Assembly (NCBI GenBank): GCA_965205015.1
Contig: OZ242029.1
Location: 5,184,001 to 5,248,000 of the forward strand
Source of the DNA: Candidatus Poribacteria bacterium
GTDB lineage: Bacteria; Poribacteria; WGA-4E; WGA-3G
Direction: 5' to 3'
DNA length: 64,000 nt
The notes beneath the pieces are model-generated. The model saw nothing but the letters and a program-made list of their open reading frames with translations. It was not told where the DNA came from and made no database searches. Numbering within the stretch: the stretch's first letter is position 1; every line of letters starts with the position of its first letter. The translations under genes and the position numbers were made by a program. This document shows positions 48,385 to 58,581 of the stretch, piece after piece.

Positions 48385-51171
48385 ATGCAAGGATTATCAC
48401 TTAATTTTCGTTCAGAAACGCTTTTAGCGATAACTGATAAAATCAAATCCAGTATTGAGGGACGGATGAGTTGGGGAGATACCTTTGGCTTAGGGCTTGG
48501 TGTGAAGTCAGATAAACATCTGATCGTTTGGACACCAAAAGAGAGCTCAGAGGGGGCTATTCTACCCGGTTTTGACTCAGAAGATGGCAAGCTTACAGTA
48601 AAGATGCGACCGCGCCCAGGGGCATGGGTTTCCTGGATTGACGAGGCGAAGATCACAGCTGAGACACAGGACGACTATGACCGAGTCCACAAAAGCATAC
48701 AAGAATTGGAGCGCAATGCGCGCCAAATCACGGATTTCGCCGATGGTATTGTCTCGGACATCACTGTTCAAAACTTGGGGAAATCCCTAACGCTTTCCGA
48801 ACTCGCTCAGGATGTTTTAAAAACACGTTTGACAATACCCAGTACCGTCAAAACGGGTGGATACGTACTCGCGAATATTGAGGGTACTGATACGGAGGTG
48901 ATGCACCCGGCTACTGTTATCATTCCGGAGCAAACCCACATTCATCGCGTTCATCTCAACGAAGATGCGCTTTTTGATCAAATACTCGCGCGGGACTTTA
49001 ATGTGCTCCTTGTCGCCATCAGGACCCATATTAAGCAGTACCCCGACCTGATCGATTTGGGGTACGGTTTAACACTTTATACTCGACTGTCTAATGTATT
49101 TGATGATCAGGGTGCGGAGACGTCTGATCCGATTCAGGTGCTTGCCACAGCAGTGGTTTACGATCCTCTTGAACCGGAGACGCTGCAGTTCGTGCCTATT
49201 GCGTTCAACGCACCCGCCGAGGAAATTGAGACCGCAATTAGCGAGAGTTCAAAGAAAATCGAAACGTACACGGTGAAAGCCAATCAGAACGCCTATCAAC
49301 TCATGGCGCAATTTCAACAGGGCGTTGAAACCCGTTTGAGAGCCCTTGTCCTTGGACCTGGGCAACGCGTCCATAATAAGGTATGGGACGATTTGGTGAT
49401 TCGTGAATTGCGGAGCAGTATGCTTGCTTTCGTCGAATTCTATGCGGAATATCTCGCCGAGCATTTTGAGGCATCAATTGCAGCAGCAAAAACCGAGGTG
49501 CTCGAAGAGAATATTGAACCCATGATAGAATTTTGGCAATTACAGGACAATCAGCAGTTAACGCTGAATCACCTCATTCAATCCTCCTACAAACTGGCGA
49601 ATCAGGTGCTCGATCGAGCTGCTGGGTTGTTTCATGATCTGGTGTTTGAACAGGATTTTATTGAGACTGGGCTTGTCAAACAGATGGATCTCTCAATTTT
49701 TGAGAATAACGAACGCTTAGACGAAATTTATTTGCCACAATGGACGCGCGGAACGGTGCGTGAGAAGATGGCAGGTTTTACCCTTCGCTCAACTTTACAT
49801 CCGACGCAAGTTGAACGGTTGACGACTATCTGGTTGGAATTGTTGGAACTCGCGAACTTCGCGAGTCAGCACAAGCAGGATTTTGAAACTGTTATTCAAC
49901 CGTTAGTTAATCTCCTATTAGCTCCTAAGACAGGGAAGCCAACACAGCGCCGAAGTCAGCAGGCACAGCATCGAGGTGGGGCTCCCAATTTTGTTGGTTT
50001 TGAGATTCCTGATAAAACTGTCGAGCAGTTACTGGATCATGTAAAGCTGCATTTACCAACAGTAAAACAGTGGTTGCAGAATATGCCTTCAGCAGTGGAG
50101 AAGCAACAGCATTACGCAACTTTGTGGGCGTTGGTGCTTGATGGTAGGCTCCGTGAGCAACTTCTTGCCGATATTCAACCGACCTGTGATATTAATCTGA
50201 GTGTGCCGGACCAGACCAAAAGGTTAATCAACCTCATGCTGGAAAGCGCGCTCATTATTCAGGCTGAGAAAGACCGTAAGTCAATAGAGCGTAACCTCAA
50301 CCGAGCGATTATCTCAAAGACTGGACACGAATTGGCAAATGTCACAACAGCGGCGATGCTTGCTATCCATGGAGATACCCTACTTGCTATACTTTACGAG
50401 GAATTGCTGGGGTATCATGATACTTTGGCAAAACGGGCAGGTCGGCTCGCGAATACCCCTCAGAAAGGGAAAAAGCGGAAGCGGGGGCAATCACGAAATA
50501 ACGGTGCCGCGAACGCTGAGGCGATTGAGGCGGAACAGCAAAAAGTTGAGGAACTTATGGCGTTCCTTAGACCCTACCGCCAAGAAGAAGTTATCACCAC
50601 TTTGGCGACAGCCGGTATGGATCCGCGTGCCATTAACCTTGAAGAGATTCGGAAACAGCAGGTACTCAGTTTCGATGTAGGTGATTTACCTGCCATAGAT
50701 GAAACATGGCTCGGTGATAGTAAGAGTGTTGAGGATTATCCAAATTTGCGGGTGTTCCTCCTGCAAAATCAGCTGCCAATATCGACGACCGGCAGATTGC
50801 TTATGGAATTGCGGCAGCAATTTCCGGATGAACTTTTCAATCACGTGTTGGGACTCATCCAAGAAGTTAAAGCACTCCAAAGCAACGATTTTAAGGGGGA
50901 CCTACTCAATCAGTTTGTCACCTATATCTCCGAAAAGGTGTGGCGATGGGAGTTGACACAAATTACGGAATCTGAACTGCCGCTCTTGTTAAAGGAGAAG
51001 GTCCTGGCATCGGCGATCTGCTATGAAAAAGAGGTTGATACCTTGCTCGAATACGTTGAGCGTTACGATGAACTGGTAGCTACAAAACTATCAGCAGATT
51101 CAGAAATGGACAACCACCGTCAATATATTGAGGACCAATTTCAGGCAATCGTTGAAACCCTTTTGGTGTAA
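48385..51171 (+). CDS. Large hypothetical protein (928 aa)
   Basis: Long uninterrupted ORF; no motif recognised. Confidence 0.85.
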   Translation: MQGLSLNFRSETLLAITDKIKSSIEGRMSWGDTFGLGLGVKSDKHLIVWTPKESSEGAILPGFDSEDGKLTVKMRPRPGAWVSWIDEAKITAETQDDYDRVHKSIQELERNARQITDFADGIVSDITVQNLGKSLTLSELAQDVLKTRLTIPSTVKTGGYVLANIEGTDTEVMHPATVIIPEQTHIHRVHLNEDALFDQILARDFNVLLVAIRTHIKQYPDLIDLGYGLTLYTRLSNVFDDQGAETSDPIQVLATAVVYDPLEPETLQFVPIAFNAPAEEIETAISESSKKIETYTVKANQNAYQLMAQFQQGVETRLRALVLGPGQRVHNKVWDDLVIRELRSSMLAFVEFYAEYLAEHFEASIAAAKTEVLEENIEPMIEFWQLQDNQQLTLNHLIQSSYKLANQVLDRAAGLFHDLVFEQDFIETGLVKQMDLSIFENNERLDEIYLPQWTRGTVREKMAGFTLRSTLHPTQVERLTTIWLELLELANFASQHKQDFETVIQPLVNLLLAPKTGKPTQRRSQQAQHRGGAPNFVGFEIPDKTVEQLLDHVKLHLPTVKQWLQNMPSAVEKQQHYATLWALVLDGRLREQLLADIQPTCDINLSVPDQTKRLINLMLESALIIQAEKDRKSIERNLNRAIISKTGHELANVTTAAMLAIHGDTLLAILYEELLGYHDTLAKRAGRLANTPQKGKKRKRGQSRNNGAANAEAIEAEQQKVEELMAFLRPYRQEEVITTLATAGMDPRAINLEEIRKQQVLSFDVGDLPAIDETWLGDSKSVEDYPNLRVFLLQNQLPISTTGRLLMELRQQFPDELFNHVLGLIQEVKALQSNDFKGDLLNQFVTYISEKVWRWELTQITESELPLLLKEKVLASAICYEKEVDTLLEYVERYDELVATKLSADSEMDNHRQYIEDQFQAIVETLLV

Positions 51172-51290
51172 TTTTCAGGTTTCCAACGCATATGGGTGTC
51201 GCAGGGGTGTTTTGTCATCGCGCTTCCTTCACAACAAGCGCGGTTGTAGATCGTGCTTATACATAAATGGATTTTTTGTAAGGGTGATAG

Positions 51291-52202
51291 ATGAAAGTAG
51301 TTTTGTTGGGCAACAGTCAGTTAGCCGTCTCAACTGCCTGGGGCTTGTGTCAAGCAGAGGTGGCGCGTGAAGTGGTCTTTGTGTCGGACGCTGCATCAAA
51401 TAAGAATAGGTTTGTTCATCCAAAAGAGGGCACACCGGGAAATCTCCGAGATCTCGTAGAAGCAAACGCTTTAAGTCTAAGTGACACCGCGGTTTCGACT
51501 TTCGATTCATTAGAGGGGTTGGCGAACGCAGACGTCGTTGTCCTGTTGCCACCGGTGGGGCAATCCGCTTTTCGGTCTTCTCAAGCCTCAAAGACAACAG
51601 GGATCGCGCTTGCTCGGAGATTTGTAACCGGCATCCAACACTATGCCGCGGAAGCAAAGGTTCTGGTAGCAATATCACCCTCGAATTACATCGCTGCCTG
51701 GATACATCAGGCACTCGGCGGCGGGCAAATTATCGGGCTCGGAAACGGGACTGCTACAGCACACTTAGCCTCTGAAATTGCGAAACGTGTTGATGTGTCT
51801 GTGAAAGACGTAACGGCTCTGGCGATCGGGAGTGATCAAGAGACGTATCCACTCCCGCAATACTGCCGCGTGAACGGTATTCCGCTTGCACAACTCATTT
51901 CCGAAGCTGACATTGAAGAGCTCTGTGAAGCCGTTGTGCAGCGTTGCCCGTATGCCGTGAGTGGCGAATGGACGTTGGTAAGTCATATTTTGCAGGTTGT
52001 TTCGGCGATTGCCCTTGATAAAAGACGAGTTATGAGTGTCGGCACACATATCTCAGCGGGGACAACATCCGTTTATCTGAATGTTCCCGCACAGGTCGGA
52101 TACGATGGTGTCGCTGCTATTGTCCCGCTTGAGTTGACCGATCAACAACGCGAACGATTTAGAAAATTAGTAGGGCAGAGTGCTGAAGACCAAATTCTAT
52201 AG
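51291..52202 (+). CDS. Lactate/malate dehydrogenase-fold protein with degenerate active site
   Basis: Overall LDH/MDH layout (ADVVVL, CRVNGIPL, NVPAQVGYDGV); catalytic motifs altered. Confidence 0.8.
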   Translation: MKVVLLGNSQLAVSTAWGLCQAEVAREVVFVSDAASNKNRFVHPKEGTPGNLRDLVEANALSLSDTAVSTFDSLEGLANADVVVLLPPVGQSAFRSSQASKTTGIALARRFVTGIQHYAAEAKVLVAISPSNYIAAWIHQALGGGQIIGLGNGTATAHLASEIAKRVDVSVKDVTALAIGSDQETYPLPQYCRVNGIPLAQLISEADIEELCEAVVQRCPYAVSGEWTLVSHILQVVSAIALDKRRVMSVGTHISAGTTSVYLNVPAQVGYDGVAAIVPLELTDQQRERFRKLVGQSAEDQIL

Positions 52203-52220
52203 AAGTTTTATTCATGAAAC

Positions 52221-52300
52221 GGCTATTAGCCGTCAGCGGTCGGAAAGTAGACTCTGGTTTATCACGAAACCACTTTACTGACGACTGAAAACCGATAGCG
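52221..52300. repeat. Heptamer-tandem palindromic element
   Basis: ttagccg tcagcgg tcgg aaagt ... acttta ctgacga ctgaaaa ccgatag. Confidence 0.7.
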
Positions 52301-52308
52301 ATTAAAAG

Positions 52309-53415
52309 ATGAGAGAAATATACCAAAAAATTCCAGAACTCATTGAATCCTCGCAGGTTGGGGCATACTGCACTGTTGTAGAAACGAAAGGCTCAACCCC
52401 GCAAAAACCCGGCTCGAAGCTTTTGATTCTCCCAGATTTGCGGAACATTGGGACGCTCGGGGGTGGTTGTGTTGAAGCCGAAGCGCGACGACAGGCGATC
52501 GGGCTCATGCAAGACGGTGTACCGCGGCTGCTTGAGTTTCAATTGGATAGCGATTACGGTTGGGACGATGGTCTCATTTGCGGCGGGAATATGAAAATTT
52601 TTATCGATCTTCCGAAGACACCCGCCGAAGCCGAGATGTTTGAGAGGCTTCAAACCTTGAATGCCGAAAAAATTCCACTCGTCTGTGCGACGGTTGTAGC
52701 GAGTGAAAAGCAGGGCGTTGATGTTGGTATGAAGATGATCTTCGCTAACACGGGTGAGCATATCGGCACGTTAGGCGATCCGACCTTGGAAGCGGCAGTG
52801 GAAGCGGAGACGGCGACAGTGCTTGCGCGCAACAGTGCGGGTTTGTTTCAGGAGAACCAAACGGCTTCGGTCTTCTTAGAACCCCTACAGCCAAGACCGA
52901 CGTTGCTCATTGCGGGAGCAGGACATGTCGGTCAAGCCCTCTGTCATCTTGGGAGTTGGTTGGATTTCGACATTGCTATTGTCGACGACCGCGCCGACTT
53001 TGCCTCTGCTGAACGGTTGCCGGAGGCGAACGAAATTATCATCGGTGATATCGCAACGGAACTCCGAAGATACCCGATTACCCGACTGACGTATGTCGTG
53101 ATTGTCACGCGTGGACATCAACACGATGAATCTGCACTCCACAGTGTTGTTGAATCGGATGCCGGTTACATCGGCTTAATCGGCAGTCGTCGTAAGATTA
53201 AACTGATATTTGACGATTTGCTGGAGGCAGGGATTTCCAAGGAGAGACTTCAGCGGGTTTACGCACCCATCGGACTCGATATTAACTCGAAAACAGTACC
53301 GGAGATCGCAGTGAGTATCGTCTCGCAGCTCATCCAGATTCGCAACGCTGCTGACACTATTGGCACCTTTGACGCACAACCGGCGCGAATGCCTACCGTT
53401 AAAATAGCGGGGTGA
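52309..53415 (+). CDS. xdhC: XdhC/CoxI-family Moco insertion chaperone
   Basis: GSTP, GTLGGGCVE, CGG, GAGHV, TRGH, APIGLDI. Confidence 0.92.
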   Translation: MREIYQKIPELIESSQVGAYCTVVETKGSTPQKPGSKLLILPDLRNIGTLGGGCVEAEARRQAIGLMQDGVPRLLEFQLDSDYGWDDGLICGGNMKIFIDLPKTPAEAEMFERLQTLNAEKIPLVCATVVASEKQGVDVGMKMIFANTGEHIGTLGDPTLEAAVEAETATVLARNSAGLFQENQTASVFLEPLQPRPTLLIAGAGHVGQALCHLGSWLDFDIAIVDDRADFASAERLPEANEIIIGDIATELRRYPITRLTYVVIVTRGHQHDESALHSVVESDAGYIGLIGSRRKIKLIFDDLLEAGISKERLQRVYAPIGLDINSKTVPEIAVSIVSQLIQIRNAADTIGTFDAQPARMPTVKIAG

Positions 53416-53420
53416 AAACA

Positions 53421-53771
53421 ATGAAGAAGATTCAGATAAAAGAGGACACAGTCTATACGCTGCCCGAAGTGGTTGACCTTGTAAAACAGACGTTAGACCG
53501 CGTGAGCGCAAAGTCTACTCGGGACCCACAGCGATATTCGTCCACCGATGTCTATTGGCTCCTGTTTGACATGCTCCAGTATGTGAACAGGAATGTCTCG
53601 GGTGAATTTATCCTGCTCCAGACCGAAAAAGACACTTACCGAGTAACTTATGCAGAGGAGGAGGTTGTGAAACAGAAGTCGGATAACAAACTCAAGGCGG
53701 AGATAAACCGAACCGCTCGTTATCTTGAAGAATTGACCGGTAAGAAACCATCATGGGGCGACAGAGAGTGA
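53421..53771 (+). CDS. Hypothetical protein
   Basis: ORF tightly packed between its neighbours. Confidence 0.7.
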   Translation: MKKIQIKEDTVYTLPEVVDLVKQTLDRVSAKSTRDPQRYSSTDVYWLLFDMLQYVNRNVSGEFILLQTEKDTYRVTYAEEEVVKQKSDNKLKAEINRTARYLEELTGKKPSWGDRE

Positions 53772-53772
53772 A

Positions 53773-54534
53773 ATGGAAGTTATAAATTGGCTAAATGCAA
53801 ATGATGGTGCTATAATTGGCATGGCTACTGTTGTGCTTGTGGGCATCACAGGTTATTATGCCTATCTGACCCGGCAACTGCTAAAAGCCTCTGATACGCC
53901 AGAAATTGCTATCTCCCTCCGTCCTCATGACATATCGGTTAATCTTGTAATGTTATGCATAGAGAATGTGGGGACAGGAGCAGCACGTGATGTGACGTTT
54001 ATAACAGACCCGCCTTCTATTCCTAATCTTGACATACCGTTTGAAAAGATTGGTTTTCTTAAAAGTGGAATTCGCTATTTTGAATCTGGACGGAAGATCG
54101 AACAGTTTCTCGTAAGTGTAATAGGCAAGTTTGATGAACTAAAACAAACGCGACTTAAGATCACTGTTACATATAAAGATTCAACGAACTACAAACGTGA
54201 ACGGATTTTTCACCTTGATTTTAGCGAAGGTGTAGGGTTTTCACAAATTGGCAGGCCCCCACTTTACGAGATAGCTAAAGCTACAAAAGAAATTCAAAAA
54301 GATTTAAACCGTATTATCACTGGCGTTCATAAACCTATAATTCTTACAGAACCGCTGTCTAAGCATCGCCTGGGGCGGCATGCTGGTTCTCTGGAGAGTC
54401 GAATAGAGCAATTCCCAATGGAAGTTCAACAAGAAATTTTACAAGAAGTGAACGGTTTCCTCAGCAAACGGGAGCAAGAGATTCAGAAAAAAGAGCGAGA
54501 TGAGAAAACGGACACGGACGCAGATTTATCATGA
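53773..54534 (+). CDS. Hypothetical protein with N-terminal TM
   Basis: ATVVLVGITGYYAYLT anchor; IENVGTGAA. Confidence 0.75.
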   Translation: MEVINWLNANDGAIIGMATVVLVGITGYYAYLTRQLLKASDTPEIAISLRPHDISVNLVMLCIENVGTGAARDVTFITDPPSIPNLDIPFEKIGFLKSGIRYFESGRKIEQFLVSVIGKFDELKQTRLKITVTYKDSTNYKRERIFHLDFSEGVGFSQIGRPPLYEIAKATKEIQKDLNRIITGVHKPIILTEPLSKHRLGRHAGSLESRIEQFPMEVQQEILQEVNGFLSKREQEIQKKERDEKTDTDADLS

Positions 54535-54550
54535 GAAGGAGATAAAATAA

Positions 54551-54775
54551 GTGATAGTTCCAGTTCATATCTACCCAAATGAGCGTTTGATTCTGGAAAT
54601 TCCTGACGATGTGGATGAGACCTTAGCAGATAATAATTCGCAGCTATCTGTTGAAGAACGTATGGCTCTATTAGACGAATTCACAGATAAATTTATGGAA
54701 TTTGTCGGTCCTGATTTCCAAATGTTATCAGATTATGCCATGAGCCGCGAGGGAATATACGAAGATCATCCATAG
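54551..54775 (+). CDS. Putative antitoxin
   Basis: Small acidic ORF ending LSDYAMSREGIYEDHP, 2 nt before the PIN gene. Confidence 0.7.
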   Translation: MIVPVHIYPNERLILEIPDDVDETLADNNSQLSVEERMALLDEFTDKFMEFVGPDFQMLSDYAMSREGIYEDHP

Positions 54776-54777
54776 TT

Positions 54778-55221
54778 ATGATTTATTTGGCCGATACCAA
54801 TATTTTGTTGGGAGTTGCGCATCGTGCTGACGCACGTTATCCAATTGTTCAAGCGGCTGTTCATAAACTGTGGGCAAATGGTCATGACCTACAGACAACA
54901 TCACAAAATTTCGCGGAATTCTGGAACGTATCAACTCGGCCCGCTGACCGAAACGGTTTTGGACTCACACCTTACGAGGCATATGAACTCTTGCAAGGCC
55001 TAGAACAGTCTTTCCCTTTGCTGCCCGATTCACCAGATGTTTATCCCGAATGGAGACAACTTGTTATGAAGTATGATGTGTCAGGCGTTCAGGTTCACGA
55101 TGCCCGGTTAGTTACCACGATACTTGTCCATGACGTAAAACATATCTTGACTTTCAACACGCAAGATTTTACCCGCTATGTTCCTGAGGGGATTGTAGCT
55201 ATTGATCCAACAACGATTTAG
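54778..55221 (+). CDS. vapC: PIN-domain (VapC-like) toxin
   Basis: YLADTNIL, AEFWN, HDARL, TFNTQDF. Confidence 0.88.
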   Translation: MIYLADTNILLGVAHRADARYPIVQAAVHKLWANGHDLQTTSQNFAEFWNVSTRPADRNGFGLTPYEAYELLQGLEQSFPLLPDSPDVYPEWRQLVMKYDVSGVQVHDARLVTTILVHDVKHILTFNTQDFTRYVPEGIVAIDPTTI

Positions 55222-55300
55222 CAATATTTTTCCAGCAAATGTGGAATATGTTGGAATTACAGATAAGCTGAGTAAGAAATAAATTTAGGAAGGGTGTTTT

Positions 55301-56197
55301 ATGAACCAGGAACCGAAGGTAACAGTTGAAGATATTGAGGTATCCGTGGATGCGTTAGATGTCCAAAAAGCGGCAGACATCTTTGAGGCGCATGGGTGTC
55401 TTGTCGTGCGCGGTCTGATGGGACCTTATATTCAGGCGATCCATCAGGACATCGAAGCTGCCGCGGCGGAATCCATATCCTTGCTTGACAAGGCAGAACG
55501 GATTGTCGAAGGATGGCGCACCCCCAACGGCACGCTATTCCTTCCAGCACCAGAAGGCTACGAACGCGACAAACAGATTATGGTCTTGGCGATAGGCTAT
55601 CAGACGAGTGCTGCATTTTTTCAATCCGCTTTAGATGAAACGACAGTCAATATCGTGGAGGCGATCTTAGGACCGAATGTGGAGATCTTTGGTAACGGGC
55701 AGTGTCTCTATAAGGAACCCGTTGGTGGACATCCGAAGCACCTCCATCAGGATTCTGCCTATTTTGAACACCGCTATCAGGGACCCGTCGGCATTCTGAA
55801 CTATGTTGTGGATACCGATTTGATAAATGGGGCGTTACACGTCGTACCCGGTTCACACCGACTCGGACAACTCAAGCATATTGATACCTTCTCACACCTG
55901 GGTCTCGCCGAGGATGAGTGGCCCTGGGAGAGCGCACTTCCCATTTCTGGCAAAGCGGGGGATTCGATCTTCTTTAACGTCAAGACGGTACACGGTTCCA
56001 AACAGAATATGTCGGATAAACCGCGTCCGATTTTCATCAACCGCTATCGTCGAACAGACGATTTCGTGATCATTGGTGGGACAACCACGACGAACCGGGC
56101 AGAAGCAGAGAAACGTGCAGCAGCCGCTGAGGAAGCGAAAAAATCTAATAGCGATCGGGGTTTGATGTTGCGCGGGTTCCGTCCATTTAAGGCATAG
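55301..56197 (+). CDS. Phytanoyl-CoA dioxygenase (PhyH) family
   Basis: HQD, NGALHVVPGSH, HGS..N, R. Confidence 0.9.
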   Translation: MNQEPKVTVEDIEVSVDALDVQKAADIFEAHGCLVVRGLMGPYIQAIHQDIEAAAAESISLLDKAERIVEGWRTPNGTLFLPAPEGYERDKQIMVLAIGYQTSAAFFQSALDETTVNIVEAILGPNVEIFGNGQCLYKEPVGGHPKHLHQDSAYFEHRYQGPVGILNYVVDTDLINGALHVVPGSHRLGQLKHIDTFSHLGLAEDEWPWESALPISGKAGDSIFFNVKTVHGSKQNMSDKPRPIFINRYRRTDDFVIIGGTTTTNRAEAEKRAAAAEEAKKSNSDRGLMLRGFRPFKA

Positions 56198-56303
56198 GGA
56201 CAATATGTCCGTTTGTCGTAGCGCAATTTATTGCACGTCGGGACGGATGATGAATCACCGGGCTGCGAACCTGAGTGATTCTTGTCGGACAATTCGTTCA
56301 CCT

Positions 56304-56720
56304 CTACATTTGATACAACATCAGATAGATAATCACACCTGTTACCGAAACGTATAACCATATCGGAAAAGTAATCTTTGCGATGCGTCGGTGTTTCTCA
56401 AACCGCTCTCGCCACGCCAAATAGAGCGTCCGCAACGCCAACGGCACTATCACAAATGCCAGAATAATGTGTGAAATTAGGATAGTGAAGTAGACTGGAC
56501 GAATCCACCCTTGCTTTGTAAACGGCTTCGACCCGGCGTGGTAGTGATAGATAACATAGCAAACCAGAAAAAGCACGGACACACTGAAAGCCGCAAGCAT
56601 GCAGTTTTTATGTGCCGTAATTTTCTGTTGTCGGATTTGTACATATCCGATCGCTAACAGGATACCGCTGATTGTATTCAGCGTCGCATTCACCGTTGGC
56701 AAGTCTGAGATCTCAAGCAC
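56304..56720 (-). CDS. DUF420 membrane protein
   Basis: NATLN, HKNCM, ILISHI, WLYVSVTGV. Confidence 0.88.
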   Translation of the reverse strand: MLEISDLPTVNATLNTISGILLAIGYVQIRQQKITAHKNCMLAAFSVSVLFLVCYVIYHYHAGSKPFTKQGWIRPVYFTILISHIILAFVIVPLALRTLYLAWRERFEKHRRIAKITFPIWLYVSVTGVIIYLMLYQM

Positions 56721-56771
56721 ATTTCCCTCCTATGTCCTTGCTTGGGCACAACGGGGTGTACCCACTATTTT

Positions 56772-57650
56772 CTACCGGGGCCACCGGTAGGCTTGCGCAC
56801 CCTTGGAATTCTCTAACGCAAATTCCCACCGGTGACACCACGTTTCATACTTCGTGTTACCGGCTTCCGGTCGCAGACGGCTCCGCATGAGGAACGCTGG
56901 ATAGAAAGGTCTTCCTGTCGGTTGATAGACATCGTGATACCGCAGATCGAAACTCCATCGGATGCTCTGCGATTCATTCGGTTTCGCGCTGTGGAGTGTG
57001 TAGTTGTGGAACAGAATAACACCGCCAGCCCGGATCGGCAACGGTTTCGGTGTGAGGTTATCGGGTTGATGTTCCGATGGAACCGCCAATCCAGCCGAGC
57101 TCCAATCGTGCGTGAAGAGCCCCATCTTATGGCTACCCGGTAGCACCTGTAGGCACCCGTTTTCCAACGTCGCATCCACAATCGGAACCCAAACCGTTAG
57201 CATAAAGTAGGGATCGGTGTCGGGCCAGCACACGCCTGCGTCCTGATGCCAAGGGGTCGGTTCCCGTTGTGAACTCCGTTTCGGCAGAACGGCACGGATA
57301 TGTTGGATCGGATTGCAGATGATTTCAGAGCCAACAAAAGACTCGGCGATGTCAAGGATTTTCGGGTTCTTGAGGAAGTTGAAAGTCGCTTCCCCGCGCG
57401 CCTGCATGATGTCCAAATTCGCCGTTATCTCTGGTGCCTCCTTTGAGAGGTGGAGCAACCGTTCTGTGAAAGATTTATCGGCGTGCGTATCTGTAACCTT
57501 CCCTTCGGCGTGCAATTTCTCGGCACGTTCGGCGATAATTCCCTTATATTCATCAATCACAGGACCCAGGTCGTTTTCATCAAGCGCATCTTCAAGCAGT
57601 AGATATCCGTTGTCGTGAAAGAAGGAAACTTGAGATTCAGTTAAACGCAT
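56772..57650 (-). CDS. PhyH family dioxygenase
   Basis: WHQD, NGCLQVLPGSH, RWSFDLRY. Confidence 0.9.
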   Translation of the reverse strand: MRLTESQVSFFHDNGYLLLEDALDENDLGPVIDEYKGIIAERAEKLHAEGKVTDTHADKSFTERLLHLSKEAPEITANLDIMQARGEATFNFLKNPKILDIAESFVGSEIICNPIQHIRAVLPKRSSQREPTPWHQDAGVCWPDTDPYFMLTVWVPIVDATLENGCLQVLPGSHKMGLFTHDWSSAGLAVPSEHQPDNLTPKPLPIRAGGVILFHNYTLHSAKPNESQSIRWSFDLRYHDVYQPTGRPFYPAFLMRSRLRPEAGNTKYETWCHRWEFALENSKGAQAYRWPR

Positions 57651-57703
57651 AATTGCGTCCTCCTTGCGTTATGTTGTAGAGCGTGGCTTACAAACCCCTT
57701 CTG

Positions 57704-58507
57704 CTATCCCCATCGCTGTTCAGGTGGATTGAAGACAAATCCGTGGAAGAATTTCCGCTGTTCCAATGAGAGTTGCTTATTGTAGAAGTCTTTCGGATAT
57801 CCCCAATGTTCCTGTGAGGCGATCATCCACGGATGCTCATAGGCGTAATAGAGCATTTCGCGAGACCCCTCCGGCTTTGTGAAGATACCAGCGGAATGCC
57901 AAACCGCGTTATGAAAGAGAATCGCGCTCCCGGGTGGAGCGCATACCTCAAGGGCACCCGGATATTCGTAAGGATGCCGCAGGTCTTCATGGTTTGGATC
58001 ATACAGTGCTGTGTGGCTGCCCGGTAGGAGCCATAGGTTTCCCTGTCCCCCTTCTGTCATATCCGTCAGATAATAACCGATTTTGAGTTGCAAAAACGGG
58101 ATCGGACGTAGGTTACGATAGCCTTCATCATGTCCATCGATGTGCCACCCCATCGAACGTTCCATGAGATCCGAAGCGTGCTCGATAATGGCATCCGAAG
58201 CGTGATGGTGCGGCATTTTATTCAACAATCCCGTGACATACGGCAAGATGGGTTGCCAATCCAAGAGTTCCAAAAACGCTGGATGATCTCCGAGGATATA
58301 GAAGATACGGGTACTTTTCTCGCCGTGAATGTGTGTCATTCCGGTTTCGGTTACCCCTTTCTCCTCATGTTCCCGCCGCTTCTCAATGACTTCAGCGAGC
58401 GCACTCCTGAGTGTTTCAACGTGTGAAGGCACAAGAAAGTTTTCCAAAACGAGATAGCCGTTGTTTTCAAAGAAGAACTTTTCAGCATCAGTCAATTCGT
58501 ATGACAT
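57704..58507 (-). CDS. PhyH family dioxygenase
   Basis: WHID, LLPGSH, FHNAVWH. Confidence 0.88.
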   Translation of the reverse strand: MSYELTDAEKFFFENNGYLVLENFLVPSHVETLRSALAEVIEKRREHEEKGVTETGMTHIHGEKSTRIFYILGDHPAFLELLDWQPILPYVTGLLNKMPHHHASDAIIEHASDLMERSMGWHIDGHDEGYRNLRPIPFLQLKIGYYLTDMTEGGQGNLWLLPGSHTALYDPNHEDLRHPYEYPGALEVCAPPGSAILFHNAVWHSAGIFTKPEGSREMLYYAYEHPWMIASQEHWGYPKDFYNKQLSLEQRKFFHGFVFNPPEQRWG

Positions 58508-58581
58508 GTCGTAAACCCTCTTCTCTTTCGCGCACTCCGTAGGAGTGCTATGTCAAACAGGTGGCAACTTGCGTTATTTTA

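Noticed and set aside
47642-51171. Restriction-modification or BREX-like system from MT-A70 plus the large ORF
   Set aside because: No nuclease, helicase or ATPase motif visible in the large ORF; kept only as an open question
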